Source: Acidimicrobiia bacterium
Lineage (GTDB): Bacteria > Actinomycetota > Acidimicrobiia > Spongiisociales > ZC4RG35
NCBI GenBank assembly: GCA_965215185.1
Contig: OZ244034.1
Coordinates: 640,001 to 704,000 of the forward strand
Direction of reading: 5' to 3'
Length of the DNA stretch: 64,000 bases
Part shown: in pieces, positions 20,362 through 30,688 of the stretch
Layout of the letters: each line of letters opens with the position of its first letter
Numbering within the stretch: the stretch's first letter is position 1
Position numbers and translations under genes: made by a program
Notes under the pieces: model-generated
What the model was told of the DNA's origin: nothing
Databases searched by the model: none
Seen by the model: the letters and a program-made list of their open reading frames with translations, nothing else

Positions 20362-20853
20362 ATGACCGGACAGGTCACTTTGGGGAATGGAGAGGCAAGA
20401 GACCTCGCGACGCCTGGAAGGCGATTGGTGGCGAGGCTCATCGACGTCGCCATCGTGTTAATGGTGACGATCTTCCTCGCAGTGGTGGGAATCGTCAGCT
20501 TCCTGGCAACCGCCGAGTCAAGCGATGAGGCGGCGGGAGCACTGGCCCTTGTTGGTTTTGGCGGCATCGCGGTGTTCGTGGTGATTCTGCTGCTGTACGA
20601 ACCGACCATGATTGCCCTCCGGGGCCAGACTTTGGGAAAGATGGCCGCCAATATCAGGGTGGTGGGGATCGCAGACGGTGAGGTTCCCGGTTGGGGTAAA
20701 GCACTGGGTCGCTGGGTTCTTCCCAGCTTGGTGGTATTTATTCCCGTGATTGGAGGGCTGCTGTCCTTACTCGTCTACATCTCTTTGCTGTGGGACAGCC
20801 GTCGGCAGGGCTGGCACGACAAGTTGGGGACCACGGTGGTGGTCAACGTCTAA
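20362..20853 (+). CDS. RDD family membrane protein
   Basis: RRLVARLID, GQTLGK, QGWHDK; AAGGAGG RBS. Confidence 0.9.
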   Translation: MTGQVTLGNGEARDLATPGRRLVARLIDVAIVLMVTIFLAVVGIVSFLATAESSDEAAGALALVGFGGIAVFVVILLLYEPTMIALRGQTLGKMAANIRVVGIADGEVPGWGKALGRWVLPSLVVFIPVIGGLLSLLVYISLLWDSRRQGWHDKLGTTVVVNV

Positions 20854-21168
20854 AGACTCCACCACCACTATCTGGTGGTACCCCGGGGAGTGTGACCAAA
20901 AAGAGTAAACCGGGAAGGGCAACTGAGCGGGCACGTCATAACATAACCCCGCCGATCAAACGGTGCTCGTGTATGGCGATGAGGCACGGGGGTTGCTTCG
21001 GGGCTCAAAACCTCCGCAAACCGACGGTGATCGAGAGCCTTAGCCGATGGCTGGGTGGGTCCCGATAATTCCTTGTTCATCGCTGCCATTCGCTTATAAC
21101 ATCAGCAGGAATGCCTCATAGCCGACCGGACAAAACTGTCCGAAGGCGTTCCTGTCGGACTCGTTTCT

Positions 21169-21699
21169 GTGTCCGAGGTGGTGTTGGGCGCCATTGTGCT
21201 GGTTTTGGGGTTGGTGTTGACCGCCTGTGGTGGAAGCGATGATCCCGTTTCGCGTCTGGGAGAAGGAGAGACGCAACGGATCATGATGGAATTGGAAGAC
21301 CGCTCTTTTCGTCAATTCGATCCTTCCAGGGACGCAAGTCCCAGAAGAGGGGTCATTCTCGACTTCTTTGGAGGGAATCGTGTTTCTTTGTGGGCGCAGT
21401 TCGCCGCAGATGACCGGGCCATCCACGAGTGGGAGATTGTCTCCCAGGACTTTTACATAGAAGGCGATGCCGATGGTTCCCAGGTGACGATTCGATTCAA
21501 CCAAGCGACGACGGAACAGTCCTTTCCGACCCGGTGTCAAGACTGCGTGGAGACAACGGGCCTCTCGATCGGAATCAGAAATGTCTTCGATCCCGACCGT
21601 ATTTCCTTCAAATTGAACGATCCCGAGAGTGTTCTGCCTCTCCCGTTTCCCGTCTTCGAGTCTTGGACGAACTTCCGGGAAGACGAATACTTCGAATAG
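21169..21699 (+). CDS. Hypothetical lipoprotein
   Basis: Hydrophobic leader with LTAC lipobox; natural composition. Confidence 0.65.
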   Translation: MSEVVLGAIVLVLGLVLTACGGSDDPVSRLGEGETQRIMMELEDRSFRQFDPSRDASPRRGVILDFFGGNRVSLWAQFAADDRAIHEWEIVSQDFYIEGDADGSQVTIRFNQATTEQSFPTRCQDCVETTGLSIGIRNVFDPDRISFKLNDPESVLPLPFPVFESWTNFREDEYFE

Positions 21700-21819
21700 C
21701 CGAGGCTGCACTGCCGGACCATCACCGGTGGGCAGAGCTTGAAGGCGGCCCGGGTTCGATGGTGCCCTGCCGACGGGACCTCTAGGATTATTAAGCAAGT
21801 CGGTTTCTGGAGACGCAGG

Positions 21820-22359
21820 ATGGCCACCACGGTAGTTGCCCGAACGGCCGACACTTTGACGTTGGCGCGGGTCCCCTTGGCGGTGCTGCTCGCCCTTGCG
21901 ACCTCCACCGGTCGCTGGGTGCCCGCCGCCGTGATCCTGGTGTGTGGCTGGATCACCGATACCCTGGATGGCATCCTGGCCCGCCGCGTGCCGGGAACGA
22001 CCAGGCTGGGCCCGTGGGACGCCATCGTCGACGGCATATTGGGGTTGGGTCTGATCGTGGGGTTGGGGGTGGGCGGGTACGTGCCCGTCACCTGGCTGAT
22101 CCTGGCGTTGGTCCTTGGAGGGCTCCTTCTGACTGTTCGTAGCCTCGCCTCCGGGATGCTGCTGCAGGCAATGGCGTACGGGTGGTTCCTTTGGATCCTG
22201 GCCATCGAGGAGAAAGACGCCTTGGTCTTGGTCCTGGCGGCAATAGGGTTAGCGGCTGTAACCTACGGTCACCGGATTCCCCGAGTGCTACTGCCCAGGT
22301 TCTTCGCTGATGTTGCCCGGTTGAAGGGCGCGGGTCAACCACCCGACCCGGAGTCATAG
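21820..22359 (+). CDS. CDP-alcohol phosphatidyltransferase family protein
   Basis: DTLDGILARR...G.WDAIVD signature; TMs. Confidence 0.82.
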   Translation: MATTVVARTADTLTLARVPLAVLLALATSTGRWVPAAVILVCGWITDTLDGILARRVPGTTRLGPWDAIVDGILGLGLIVGLGVGGYVPVTWLILALVLGGLLLTVRSLASGMLLQAMAYGWFLWILAIEEKDALVLVLAAIGLAAVTYGHRIPRVLLPRFFADVARLKGAGQPPDPES

Positions 22360-22405
22360 GTCCCGCCATAGGGAGGGGTATGGTGCCGGGGTGAACGCGG
22401 ATGGG

Positions 22406-23320
22406 TTATCCGGTTGGGCGTGACCGCAGGTGTAGACCCCGCATGGCAAGGATGTGGGGGACGGCAGCCACCAAACAGTCGTGGTATTCCAGCTTCTGTC
22501 GCCACCGGGAGGGTATGGCCTCAGCCCCATGAAGGACCCCGACCAGTCCTCCTGCTATCGCTCCCGTCGTATCGGTATCTTGGCCACGGTTGACCAAATC
22601 CACGATCACCTCTTCGAAGGTTGCATCCTGCTGGATGGCCCAGACCGCGCAACGAAGCGAATCGATCACGTAGCCGGACGTGCGCAGACGGCCCACCGGC
22701 AACCGTGGATCGATGTCCAGCGCCCCCTGGACGTTGGCGTGCAGTTTCAACCCCCGCGCTGCGGCCAAGGCATCCGGTACCTCGGCCCCTTCTAGCAATG
22801 CGTTGACAATCTCTCCGTATGCGACGCAACTGTCCGTGCACTGGACATGGGCATGGGTGATGGCGGATATCTCAGCCAGTTCCCGGCGGCGAACGGCGGC
22901 GTCGGAACGGGCCAGAGCGGTGGGGATACACCTCATCAGCGATCCGTTCCCACAGGAGGACTCTCTGGTTGCGCCGCTCGTTCGAGGATCCCGGTACCGG
23001 TCCAAGCGTCGCAGAGCCTCGGATGTCGCGCCACCGATATCGGGGGGTCCAGAGTGGGACCATTCGAGCATTTTGTCAGCAGCCTTTTCCAGCGTGTAGG
23101 GCCCATCGAGATAGGCAGCCAGCACCGCCCAGGTGAGGTCGCTGTCATCGGTCCCTTGCCCGGGCCGCCATCCGAAAGGCCCACCCCCGATTATCTCGCG
23201 GTGAACCCCGAATTCTCGTCTGATCTCGGCATGTGTCATAAATTCCAGCGTCGCCCCGAGGGCATCGCCTGCCGCGACTCCCAGCAGCCCTCCACTGATG
23301 CGATCTTGCAGGTCCGACAT
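22406..23320 (-). CDS. ADP-ribosylglycohydrolase (DraG/ARH family)
   Basis: GDALG, TDDSD, GNGSLMR, ITH, DTDTTGAIAG. Confidence 0.92.
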   Translation of the reverse strand: MSDLQDRISGGLLGVAAGDALGATLEFMTHAEIRREFGVHREIIGGGPFGWRPGQGTDDSDLTWAVLAAYLDGPYTLEKAADKMLEWSHSGPPDIGGATSEALRRLDRYRDPRTSGATRESSCGNGSLMRCIPTALARSDAAVRRRELAEISAITHAHVQCTDSCVAYGEIVNALLEGAEVPDALAAARGLKLHANVQGALDIDPRLPVGRLRTSGYVIDSLRCAVWAIQQDATFEEVIVDLVNRGQDTDTTGAIAGGLVGVLHGAEAIPSRWRQKLEYHDCLVAAVPHILAMRGLHLRSRPTG

Positions 23321-23528
23321 GACTGCTCCCACTGGCTCGTTTGTGCAGCCTACCGCATAGGACAGGTTCCGCACTATAAGACTACGAGTCGATGACAGGG
23401 TGGGTCATATCGGTCTTCGTGCTCGTATCCGTTTGAGGTCTTCGGCTGTGGAAGGATATCTGATGCGGGCAACGGACGTCAGCGGATCGAACGCGTTTGG
23501 CTCGGGGTAGCGTCGGCTGTCGGTGTGG

Positions 23529-24959
23529 TCAGGAGGCTTCCCACAATTCACCGGTGGCGCCGAAGAAGGCGTGCCAGGCGAACCAGAATTCGTTGCGGTG
23601 GGGAGCAAACTCCAGTTGAGTCCCGGCCAGGGGACCGTCGATGGCCTGGCCCAGCAGATTCCAAGTGCTGCCGGTCTCATTGTCGGTGAACAGATCGCCA
23701 TCGGTGCTTGCGAAAGTCAGCGGACCTTGAGAAGTAACGGCAACGAAAGCCACCCCTGTCCCGATCTGTCGGCCGTCTGGGATTACGGAGCTGTCCAAGG
23801 CGTCGGCGGTGTGAGCGGCGCCCCACATCACCACGATCGGCACCTCGTCCACCATATCGTTGATCACCCGGGCCGCCGCCAGTTCTTCGAAGGGATAGGC
23901 CTTGGCTTCGTTGTTGATCGTCACGCCCACCACCCGAGAGAGGGCGGGAAACCGGTCATCCAACTCGCCGCTGAACAAAAAAGGACGGGTCGAAGAGGAA
24001 TACCCGGAGTACGGATTGATCCCATAGGAGATACCGAACTCCTGGTCGGGCCCCAGCACGCATCCGCTTGGATAAGAAGCGGCGAACTCGGAGAAGGCCA
24101 CGATCGCCGAGGGCAGATATGCCAAGCCTGACTCGCCGGCATATGTCCCGACCAGCGGTTGTCCGGTGATCTGCTGCCAGAGGGAGGTGGTTTCCAGATC
24201 CCACATCACCAGGTCGGAGTTGCGCAAGAGCCCCGAGACGCCAAAGCGCAAATAGGTCCCGTTCACCACCGGATCGAAGGCCACCGCGGTATTGCACAGC
24301 GGACAGTAGGTGACGGTAACCGGACGGTCGCCGAAACGGTCGTTGACGATCTCATGGCGGGTCAGCACCCGCAGCGGGTAGAAGCGGGCCTGGTTTCCGA
24401 TGCGAACCAGCATCCCCGGGTCCTGGTCGGAGAGCCACTGTCCTCCCGCTGCAACATCGACAAAAACGGGCCGATCAAGGGGCGGGATCAGATCGCGTGG
24501 ATCCCGGGTGTGGATCCCCAGCCCCAGTTCGCCCAGGTCGATGGTGGTCTTTGACCAGTCGGTGGGCCACGGCTCCACGGCGTTTTGCAAATGGGAGGGA
24601 GGCGAATGGGGATTGTCGTCCACCACGGGACGAGTGATTGCTGGCGTTTCGAGGGGCGCCGGACACCCTTCGGTTACGTCCACTGTGGGTTCCGATGTGA
24701 CGACGGCGGTAATGGGCGAGGTCGGCGCCGGGGAATCCTCGGTGAAAGTCCCCGTGGTGGGAGCGGAGGTGGAACCGGTTGCGGCGGATGCCGCCCCGGT
24801 CTCCGATGTGCCATCTCCAGTTGGCGCCGGCGAAGTAGTGACCGGCGCGGCCGAGGTGGTTGAGCCGGCCGCTGGATCCCCTTCTCCACAGGCCGTGGCC
24901 ACCAAGGCGAACGCAAAGCCTATCGCTCCAGCCCTCAGCCATGAGGGACTGCTGAACAT
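23529..24959 (-). CDS. DUF3179 domain lipoprotein
   Basis: Lipobox VATAC, Thr/Pro linker, HEIVND, TYCPLC, FGVSGLL.NSDLVMWD, FWFAW. Confidence 0.88.
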   Translation of the reverse strand: MFSSPSWLRAGAIGFAFALVATACGEGDPAAGSTTSAAPVTTSPAPTGDGTSETGAASAATGSTSAPTTGTFTEDSPAPTSPITAVVTSEPTVDVTEGCPAPLETPAITRPVVDDNPHSPPSHLQNAVEPWPTDWSKTTIDLGELGLGIHTRDPRDLIPPLDRPVFVDVAAGGQWLSDQDPGMLVRIGNQARFYPLRVLTRHEIVNDRFGDRPVTVTYCPLCNTAVAFDPVVNGTYLRFGVSGLLRNSDLVMWDLETTSLWQQITGQPLVGTYAGESGLAYLPSAIVAFSEFAASYPSGCVLGPDQEFGISYGINPYSGYSSSTRPFLFSGELDDRFPALSRVVGVTINNEAKAYPFEELAAARVINDMVDEVPIVVMWGAAHTADALDSSVIPDGRQIGTGVAFVAVTSQGPLTFASTDGDLFTDNETGSTWNLLGQAIDGPLAGTQLEFAPHRNEFWFAWHAFFGATGELWEAS

Positions 24960-25046
24960 CCTGATGAGTTTACCTATTGGGCGGTTTATGCAGATTTATA
25001 GTTATCAGTTACGGGGAAACCTAATATTCCCGCTATCAACTGCTCC

Positions 25047-26417
25047 ATGAACAGCCACTCTCTTTTGCCTTTACCCGGTGACTCCGCCGAAAAGACCGCC
25101 TACACGGTCTCGGAGCTGGCCGCCACGATCGAACAGGTATTGTCGCAGGCCTTTCCGAGCATGGTGTGGGTGGAGGGAGAAGTGGCCAACCTCCAAAGGT
25201 CCAATACGGGACATGTCTATTTGGATCTGGTGGAGCGGTTGCCCCAAGGAGAGCAGGCCCTCTTGCATTCGGTGATCTGGAATAGCCGCAAATTCGCCAT
25301 CAACCAGGCCCTTCGGAGGGCCAAGTGGGGCCAAGTGTCCGAAGGCGACGAGATACGCGCCCGGGTGGGAGTCGACTTCTACTCACGGCAGGGGAGGATC
25401 AATCTCCGCATAGAGGAAGTCGACCCCAGCTACACCCTGAGCAGGTGGAAGGCGCAGCGGGAGCGGGTGGTGGCCTTACTGCGCAAAGAGGGCGTTTTCG
25501 ATAGCAACCGGAGACTTAACATGTCCGCGGCTCCCTATCGGCTGGGGCTGATTACCAGTGCCGGGAGCAACGCCTATGCCGATTTCACCACCACCCTCGC
25601 CGAAGGCGGGTTGGGCTGGGATGTACAGTTCCACCACTCCGGAGTGCAAGGCGAGGCTGCCCGGCCTGCTCTGATCGAAGCCCTTCGGCGGTTGGCAGAG
25701 TTGAGGCCGGACGCCATCTGTTTGGTCCGAGGCGGGGGATCTACCACCGATCTGGCGGTGTTCGACCACGAAGATGTGGCGCGGGCCATCGCCCGATGTC
25801 CGGTGCCGGTGATCACCGGGATCGGACATGAATTGGACCGGACTGTCTCCGATCTGGTGGCTCATCACTCGGAAAAAACCCCCACGGCCTGCGCTTCTTG
25901 GTTTGTGGAACGCAGTACCCGCTTTGTGCGGCAGGTTCACGAGTTGGGTAGATGGGTGGCGGAGGCCGCCGGAGGGCTGGTAATGGGCCATCGACGCCGT
26001 CTGGATGGGTCCCCGGGCGAGGTACGAGGGGCGGTGGACGGCGCCTTCATCCGTCGCCGGCAGCACTTGGAAAGATCGAGTCGAATGCTGCCGGCCGTGG
26101 TTAATCCCCAATTGCGCGGCGCCGAAAAAACGATAGCCGCCCGCGCCGCCTCACTGATGCGGGAGAGCAAACAAAACCTGCAACGGGAAAAGGCCGGGTT
26201 GGATACGGCCCGCCGTGTCGCCGAGGCCTATGATCCGCAACGCAACCTGGCTCGGGGCTGGTCGATCACCCGTCACCGGGGTGGGGGAATGATCGGCTCG
26301 ATCTCCCAGATCAGAGTGGGTCAGACGGTGGAGACGTGGCTTTCCGATGGGACGGTAACCAGCAGGGTGTCGGAGGCCCGCCCCGCCCGTGAACCGGCGA
26401 TTGACAAGGAGATATGA
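25047..26417 (+). CDS. xseA: Exodeoxyribonuclease VII large subunit
   Basis: WVEGEV, GHVY, RGGGS..DL..F, TGIGHE.D, TPTA. Confidence 0.95.
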   Translation: MNSHSLLPLPGDSAEKTAYTVSELAATIEQVLSQAFPSMVWVEGEVANLQRSNTGHVYLDLVERLPQGEQALLHSVIWNSRKFAINQALRRAKWGQVSEGDEIRARVGVDFYSRQGRINLRIEEVDPSYTLSRWKAQRERVVALLRKEGVFDSNRRLNMSAAPYRLGLITSAGSNAYADFTTTLAEGGLGWDVQFHHSGVQGEAARPALIEALRRLAELRPDAICLVRGGGSTTDLAVFDHEDVARAIARCPVPVITGIGHELDRTVSDLVAHHSEKTPTACASWFVERSTRFVRQVHELGRWVAEAAGGLVMGHRRRLDGSPGEVRGAVDGAFIRRRQHLERSSRMLPAVVNPQLRGAEKTIAARAASLMRESKQNLQREKAGLDTARRVAEAYDPQRNLARGWSITRHRGGGMIGSISQIRVGQTVETWLSDGTVTSRVSEARPAREPAIDKEI

Positions 26418-26421
26418 CCCC

Positions 26422-26652
26422 ATGAGTGACGCCCCACCCACCGAAAATCTGCCGGAAAGCTATGCCGCGGGCCTGGCTGAACTGGAGGAGATCCTGCAAT
26501 ATCTGCGGGGAAGCGAGGTGGACTTGGAAGCCATGGCTGAAAGGGTGGAGCGCGCCGGACAGTTGATCCGGTTCTGCCGGCAGCGGCTGGACGACGTCTC
26601 GTGCAAGGTCAACGACGTCTTGGAGTCGGTGAAGGCCGCTTTGGACGAGTAG
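26422..26652 (+). CDS. xseB: Exodeoxyribonuclease VII small subunit
   Basis: YAAGLAELEEIL..LIRFCRQRL; follows xseA. Confidence 0.9.
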   Translation: MSDAPPTENLPESYAAGLAELEEILQYLRGSEVDLEAMAERVERAGQLIRFCRQRLDDVSCKVNDVLESVKAALDE

Positions 26653-26700
26653 CTGGCTTGCTTGGCGGAGCGAACCCCCCGACTCTTGAGCCGGGGCCGG

Positions 26701-27573
26701 TTAAATCCGGATATCTCTGCCACCTTGAGAAAAGTCGGGGGGCGACATGGTGCCTGGCAGAGCAGTCCGGTAATCGGCGAAAAGGGTCTGCACCGATCTT
26801 CCGATTCCCCCGGTGGCGTCGAATAGTTGAGAGTGGGCCATCCCTCTTCCCAGGGAAGAGAACCACGACTGCGAGCGCAGGCCAACCCATTCGCCAACCG
26901 GCATTCTCAGCAAATGGATATTCAGATCTGCGTTCATGAACACCCACGAGGTGGGAAGCACCGAACTCACCCCGTTGCCATGGTCGGCGCTGATCACCGC
27001 CCGCAGCAGGGGGGTGAGTTCCTCACCGGCTACCAGGGGAGTGATGATCCGCAGCCACACCGCCCCGGGGCCCGGTTGGTCGAAGGCTCCCTCCGCCTGG
27101 CGCATCTCAACTCCGTGACGATGAAAATACAGGCGTCCGCCTACTCCCACCCCAACGCGGTCCTTATCCACGAGCGGGGCGTCAGCCACAGGTATGGGAA
27201 GCAGTGACGGGTCAGGAATGGCGGCCTCTGGGGGAGGTCGGTCTGCCACTCTCAACCTCATGGCGGTGGCCTGGGCGACCTCGGTGTCCCCGGCGTGCAT
27301 GTGGGCTCTTACCAACTGGATTCGCTTGCCCTCCCGCAGAATGAAGGCCGTGACTCGAAGGGGTACGGTGGGCACCACCCGGAAAATGTCAACGGTCAGG
27401 CGCGCTACTTCCATGGGAGTGAGGGTGGGGACCGAATCCACCGCTCTGGCCAGGAGCCCTGCCACCAGTCCGCCGTGTTGTCCGTCCTCATACCACCCGG
27501 ACTGGGAGAGGGGGGTGGACTCCACAACCTGTGGGTCGGCGGTGGGTAGGTACGGGGCTGGGGGTATCTCCAT
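26701..27573 (-). CDS. HotDog-fold acyl-CoA thioesterase family protein
   Basis: QHGGLVAGLL, RLTVD, REGKRIQL, ADHGNG, FMNADL. Confidence 0.85.
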   Translation of the reverse strand: MEIPPAPYLPTADPQVVESTPLSQSGWYEDGQHGGLVAGLLARAVDSVPTLTPMEVARLTVDIFRVVPTVPLRVTAFILREGKRIQLVRAHMHAGDTEVAQATAMRLRVADRPPPEAAIPDPSLLPIPVADAPLVDKDRVGVGVGGRLYFHRHGVEMRQAEGAFDQPGPGAVWLRIITPLVAGEELTPLLRAVISADHGNGVSSVLPTSWVFMNADLNIHLLRMPVGEWVGLRSQSWFSSLGRGMAHSQLFDATGGIGRSVQTLFADYRTALPGTMSPPDFSQGGRDIRI

Positions 27574-27618
27574 CAAGTAAGCGCGGAGAATATCACCTTC
27601 CGGTAGTGTTAAATCCGA

Positions 27619-28107
27619 ATGGCCAAAAACAAGATGTGGAAAGCCGCGGTGATCACCATGAGCGACGGGGTGATCGCCGGAACCCGCCAAGACCGCTCCG
27701 GAGAGGTTCTTTCGGGGTTGTTGACCGAGGCGGGCTATGACCTGAAAGTGCGCACCGCGGTGGAAGATACCGAGGAGCAGATCGTGAAGATCCTGGTGGA
27801 TGTGTGCGTGAAGGTGGATCTGGTGGTCACCACCGGGGGTACCGGATTGGGCCCTCGAGATGTGACTCCCGAAGCCACGCGTCGGGTGATCGACCGGGAG
27901 GTTCCCGGATTGGCTCAAATGATGATGGCCGCTGGGTTGGCTGTCACTCCGATGGCGGCGCTCTCCCGGGCGGTGGTGGGTGCTCGGGGGTCCACATTGA
28001 TTGTCAACCTCCCCGGCAGCCCCAAAGGAGCGGTGGAAAACCTGGAGCCTGTGCTGGGAGTGTTGCCCCATGCCCTTGACCTGCTGGCGGGGAACACGGC
28101 CCATTAG
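27619..28107 (+). CDS. mogA: Molybdopterin adenylyltransferase MogA/MoaB
   Basis: TMSD..DRSG, TTGGTGLGPRDVTPEAT, NLPGSPK. Confidence 0.92.
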   Translation: MAKNKMWKAAVITMSDGVIAGTRQDRSGEVLSGLLTEAGYDLKVRTAVEDTEEQIVKILVDVCVKVDLVVTTGGTGLGPRDVTPEATRRVIDREVPGLAQMMMAAGLAVTPMAALSRAVVGARGSTLIVNLPGSPKGAVENLEPVLGVLPHALDLLAGNTAH

Positions 28108-28173
28108 GCGGGAGGGCGCATCCCGCTCTGCTAATACCAAGGGTTGTCACACCCATGCTCCATACTTGTGACT

Positions 28174-29346
28174 ATGAATATTTACATTGTTGTCGCCCTG
28201 GTGGTGGTGGTCTCTTTATTGGCTTGGGATATCGCCCAGCGGCGCAGAGCACTACGTGAATCGCGGATACGACAAGGGTCTGAAGACACCTTGCAGGCCG
28301 TACTCGAAGTCCTGGGCCAAGATCGACAGGAGAGGCAGGTGGAAGCCCAGGCGCTCACCGAAAGGGCCGCTACGGCGGCGGCCGTGGAGGCGGCCCGGAT
28401 GGCTAAAGCCGAATTGGAGACCCAGTCCCGCTCCAGCGCTGATCTGATTGCCCAGCAACAGCGGACCTTCAGCCATACCGCCAAGCAGATCGGAAGCCAG
28501 ATCGAGCGTATTCAGAGCGACCTCGCCTCGCGGCAAGGCAGTTGGTCACAGCAATTCGGGCAGGTAAGTGAAACATTGGCAAAACTGGGCGGCGCCACCG
28601 AATCGCTCACCAACATGCTGAACTCCTCCGGGCAGAAGGGGAGTTGGGGTGAAAAGGTGGCTGAGGACATTCTCCGGGCAGTGGGATTGAAAGAAGGGGT
28701 TTCCTATGACGTGCGAAAGAGGTTGCCGGGAGGCCAGGTCCCCGATTTTGCCTTCCATCTCCCCAGGGGCCAGTTGCTGTGCATGGATTCCAAGCTTCCG
28801 TTCGATTCTTACCGCGGCTATCAGGAAGCTGCCGAATCGGAGAAGGAGAAGTACCGCAAGGATTTCTTGAGGACGGTGCGAGGGCATGTGAGGTCCCTTT
28901 CCGCCAAGTCATACGGGGATGCTGGTTTGGTGCTCATGTTTATTCCGCTCGAATCCATCTACGCCTTTATTTGGGAAAACGACCAGGGCCTGTTGGACTT
29001 CGCCTTCAAGAAGGGTGTAATGCTGTGCGGCCCCTCCAATCTCTTTGCAATCCTCACCCTGGTGAGAGAAGCCAATGTGGCATTTGCTATGGAGAAGACC
29101 GGCGATCAGGTGTTGGACATCCTCAACCAGATGAAGAGGGAATGGCTGGAAACCCAGAAAGCCATCAACGTGTTGCAGAGCCACGTCATCAAGGCCAACA
29201 ACAAAGCGGGAGAGATCACCGGTAAGCATTATCAAGCTATGGGCGAGGTTTTCGGTCGAGTAGATGGAGTTCGCAGTGAACGGGGAATGAGTCCCACCGA
29301 CCAGGCGCTGCCTGGTGAGTCGCCACCTTTGTTGAGGGTGTCCTAA
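28174..29346 (+). CDS. rmuC: DNA recombination protein RmuC
   Basis: N-terminal TM, coiled coil, KGSWGE, PD..LP..DSKLP, MFIPLE. Confidence 0.9.
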   Translation: MNIYIVVALVVVVSLLAWDIAQRRRALRESRIRQGSEDTLQAVLEVLGQDRQERQVEAQALTERAATAAAVEAARMAKAELETQSRSSADLIAQQQRTFSHTAKQIGSQIERIQSDLASRQGSWSQQFGQVSETLAKLGGATESLTNMLNSSGQKGSWGEKVAEDILRAVGLKEGVSYDVRKRLPGGQVPDFAFHLPRGQLLCMDSKLPFDSYRGYQEAAESEKEKYRKDFLRTVRGHVRSLSAKSYGDAGLVLMFIPLESIYAFIWENDQGLLDFAFKKGVMLCGPSNLFAILTLVREANVAFAMEKTGDQVLDILNQMKREWLETQKAINVLQSHVIKANNKAGEITGKHYQAMGEVFGRVDGVRSERGMSPTDQALPGESPPLLRVS

Positions 29347-29553
29347 CCCGAGAGAACCCAAGTGGCGGGGGTTCGCTAAGTCTTGCGTCGCGATCATCTC
29401 ATTGGCTCCTGATCCCCTTCAAGCACCCTCAGGCAAACCCAATCTCCGGGCTGGTGCTCCCTCGGACCTTGATTCTCCGCTGGATCGAAAGGCCGTTGAT
29501 AGTACAAGACGACTACCTCTATACGCCACTAGGGGCGTATGCTCAGAAACGCA

Positions 29554-30672
29554 GTGTCTGATTTGGAAACTATCCTGCAAACCACCCTGGATTGGGGTCG
29601 GACGGGGAAGCAATTCGCCCTGGCCACAGTGGTGGGAGTGAGGGGCTCGACCTACCGTCAGTTGGGTGCCCGTCAGTTGGTGGCGGAGGACTGTTATTCG
29701 GTGGGGACGGTTTCGGGAGGGTGCCTTGACCAGGATCTGAACCGGGTAGTGGGAGAGGTGTTGTCCGCCCAGCGTCCCCGGTTGGTGGAGTTCGATCTGA
29801 CCGGTGACGAGGAGGCGATATGGGGATGGGGGATTGGATGCAACGGAGCCACGGAACTATTGGTAGTCCCAACTGACGATGCCCGAGACTGGGCGGAGCA
29901 GGTTGCTTTATCCCGTTCTTCGCGGCGTCCTTTGGCCGTGGTCCACGAACTGTTCGGGCCCCGCTTCGCCAAGCTCTATGTGGCAGACGACGGTAGCTAC
30001 TCGGGTTCCCTATCCGACGCTTCCTTGGGGCGGGAGGCGATCTCGGTGGCACGGGAGGCGATTGCTGAAAGCGAGCCTCGGGTCGTCACATTGAAGGGGC
30101 GACGGATGATGGTGGAAACACTGGATGCGCCCTGGAGACTCCTGATCTGCGGGGCGGGCCATGATGCTGATCCGCTGGCCCACTACGCGGCCGAATTGGG
30201 ATTCGAGGTGGTGGTCAGCGACGAACGCCCGGCTCTTCTCACCCCCGAGCGGTTCCCTTCGGCCCATCTGGTACCTTCCGGTCCTGCTGAGTTGAGTTCC
30301 AAGGTCGAACTCGAACGACGGACATATGTGGTGATCATGAGCCACAACTATCTGCGAGACCTCAACTATGTGCGATCCTTGCTTGGAAGCGACGTTTCCT
30401 ACATAGGGACGTTGGGTCCCGGCGCCCGACTGGAGCGGCTCATCTCCGACTTGGAAGAGTCTGGAAGCTCGCCTTCTCCCGAAGACTTAGACAAAATGTA
30501 CGGGCCAGCCGGCCTGGACATCGGAGCAGAGGGACCCAAGGAGATCGCCTGGGCGATAATGGCGGAGATCTTGGCGGTGCGTCGCCGCCAAGCCGCCGGC
30601 TTCCTGCGGGATCGCAAAGGGCCTGATCATCTACGTAAACTCGGGTTTTTACGATCCAAACCGATTTTTTAG
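29554..30672 (+). CDS. xdhC: XdhC/CoxI family molybdo-hydroxylase maturation factor
   Basis: GSTYR..GA, SGGCL, GIGCNG, GAGHDA, SHNY, PAGLDIGA..P.EIA. Confidence 0.92.
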   Translation: MSDLETILQTTLDWGRTGKQFALATVVGVRGSTYRQLGARQLVAEDCYSVGTVSGGCLDQDLNRVVGEVLSAQRPRLVEFDLTGDEEAIWGWGIGCNGATELLVVPTDDARDWAEQVALSRSSRRPLAVVHELFGPRFAKLYVADDGSYSGSLSDASLGREAISVAREAIAESEPRVVTLKGRRMMVETLDAPWRLLICGAGHDADPLAHYAAELGFEVVVSDERPALLTPERFPSAHLVPSGPAELSSKVELERRTYVVIMSHNYLRDLNYVRSLLGSDVSYIGTLGPGARLERLISDLEESGSSPSPEDLDKMYGPAGLDIGAEGPKEIAWAIMAEILAVRRRQAAGFLRDRKGPDHLRKLGFLRSKPIF

Positions 30673-30688
30673 AGATAGGAACGTTCTT

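Noticed and set aside
20861-20880. ACCACCACTATCTGGTGGT as an NrdR box
   Set aside because: Several consensus mismatches, a single copy and no nrd gene downstream; more likely a small hairpin after the RDD gene.
21121-21160. c-di-GMP-I (GEMM) riboswitch
   Set aside because: GGACAAAACTGTCCGAAGG resembles it only superficially; the GNRA stem partner and second GCAAA element are missing.
22406-23320. ADP-ribosylation toxin-antitoxin or defence pair
   Set aside because: No neighbouring ADP-ribosyltransferase or macrodomain gene is recognisable.
27574-28140. N-terminal extension of the thioesterase ORF (479 aa)
   Set aside because: The extension is antisense to mogA; the HotDog domain begins at ATG 27573.
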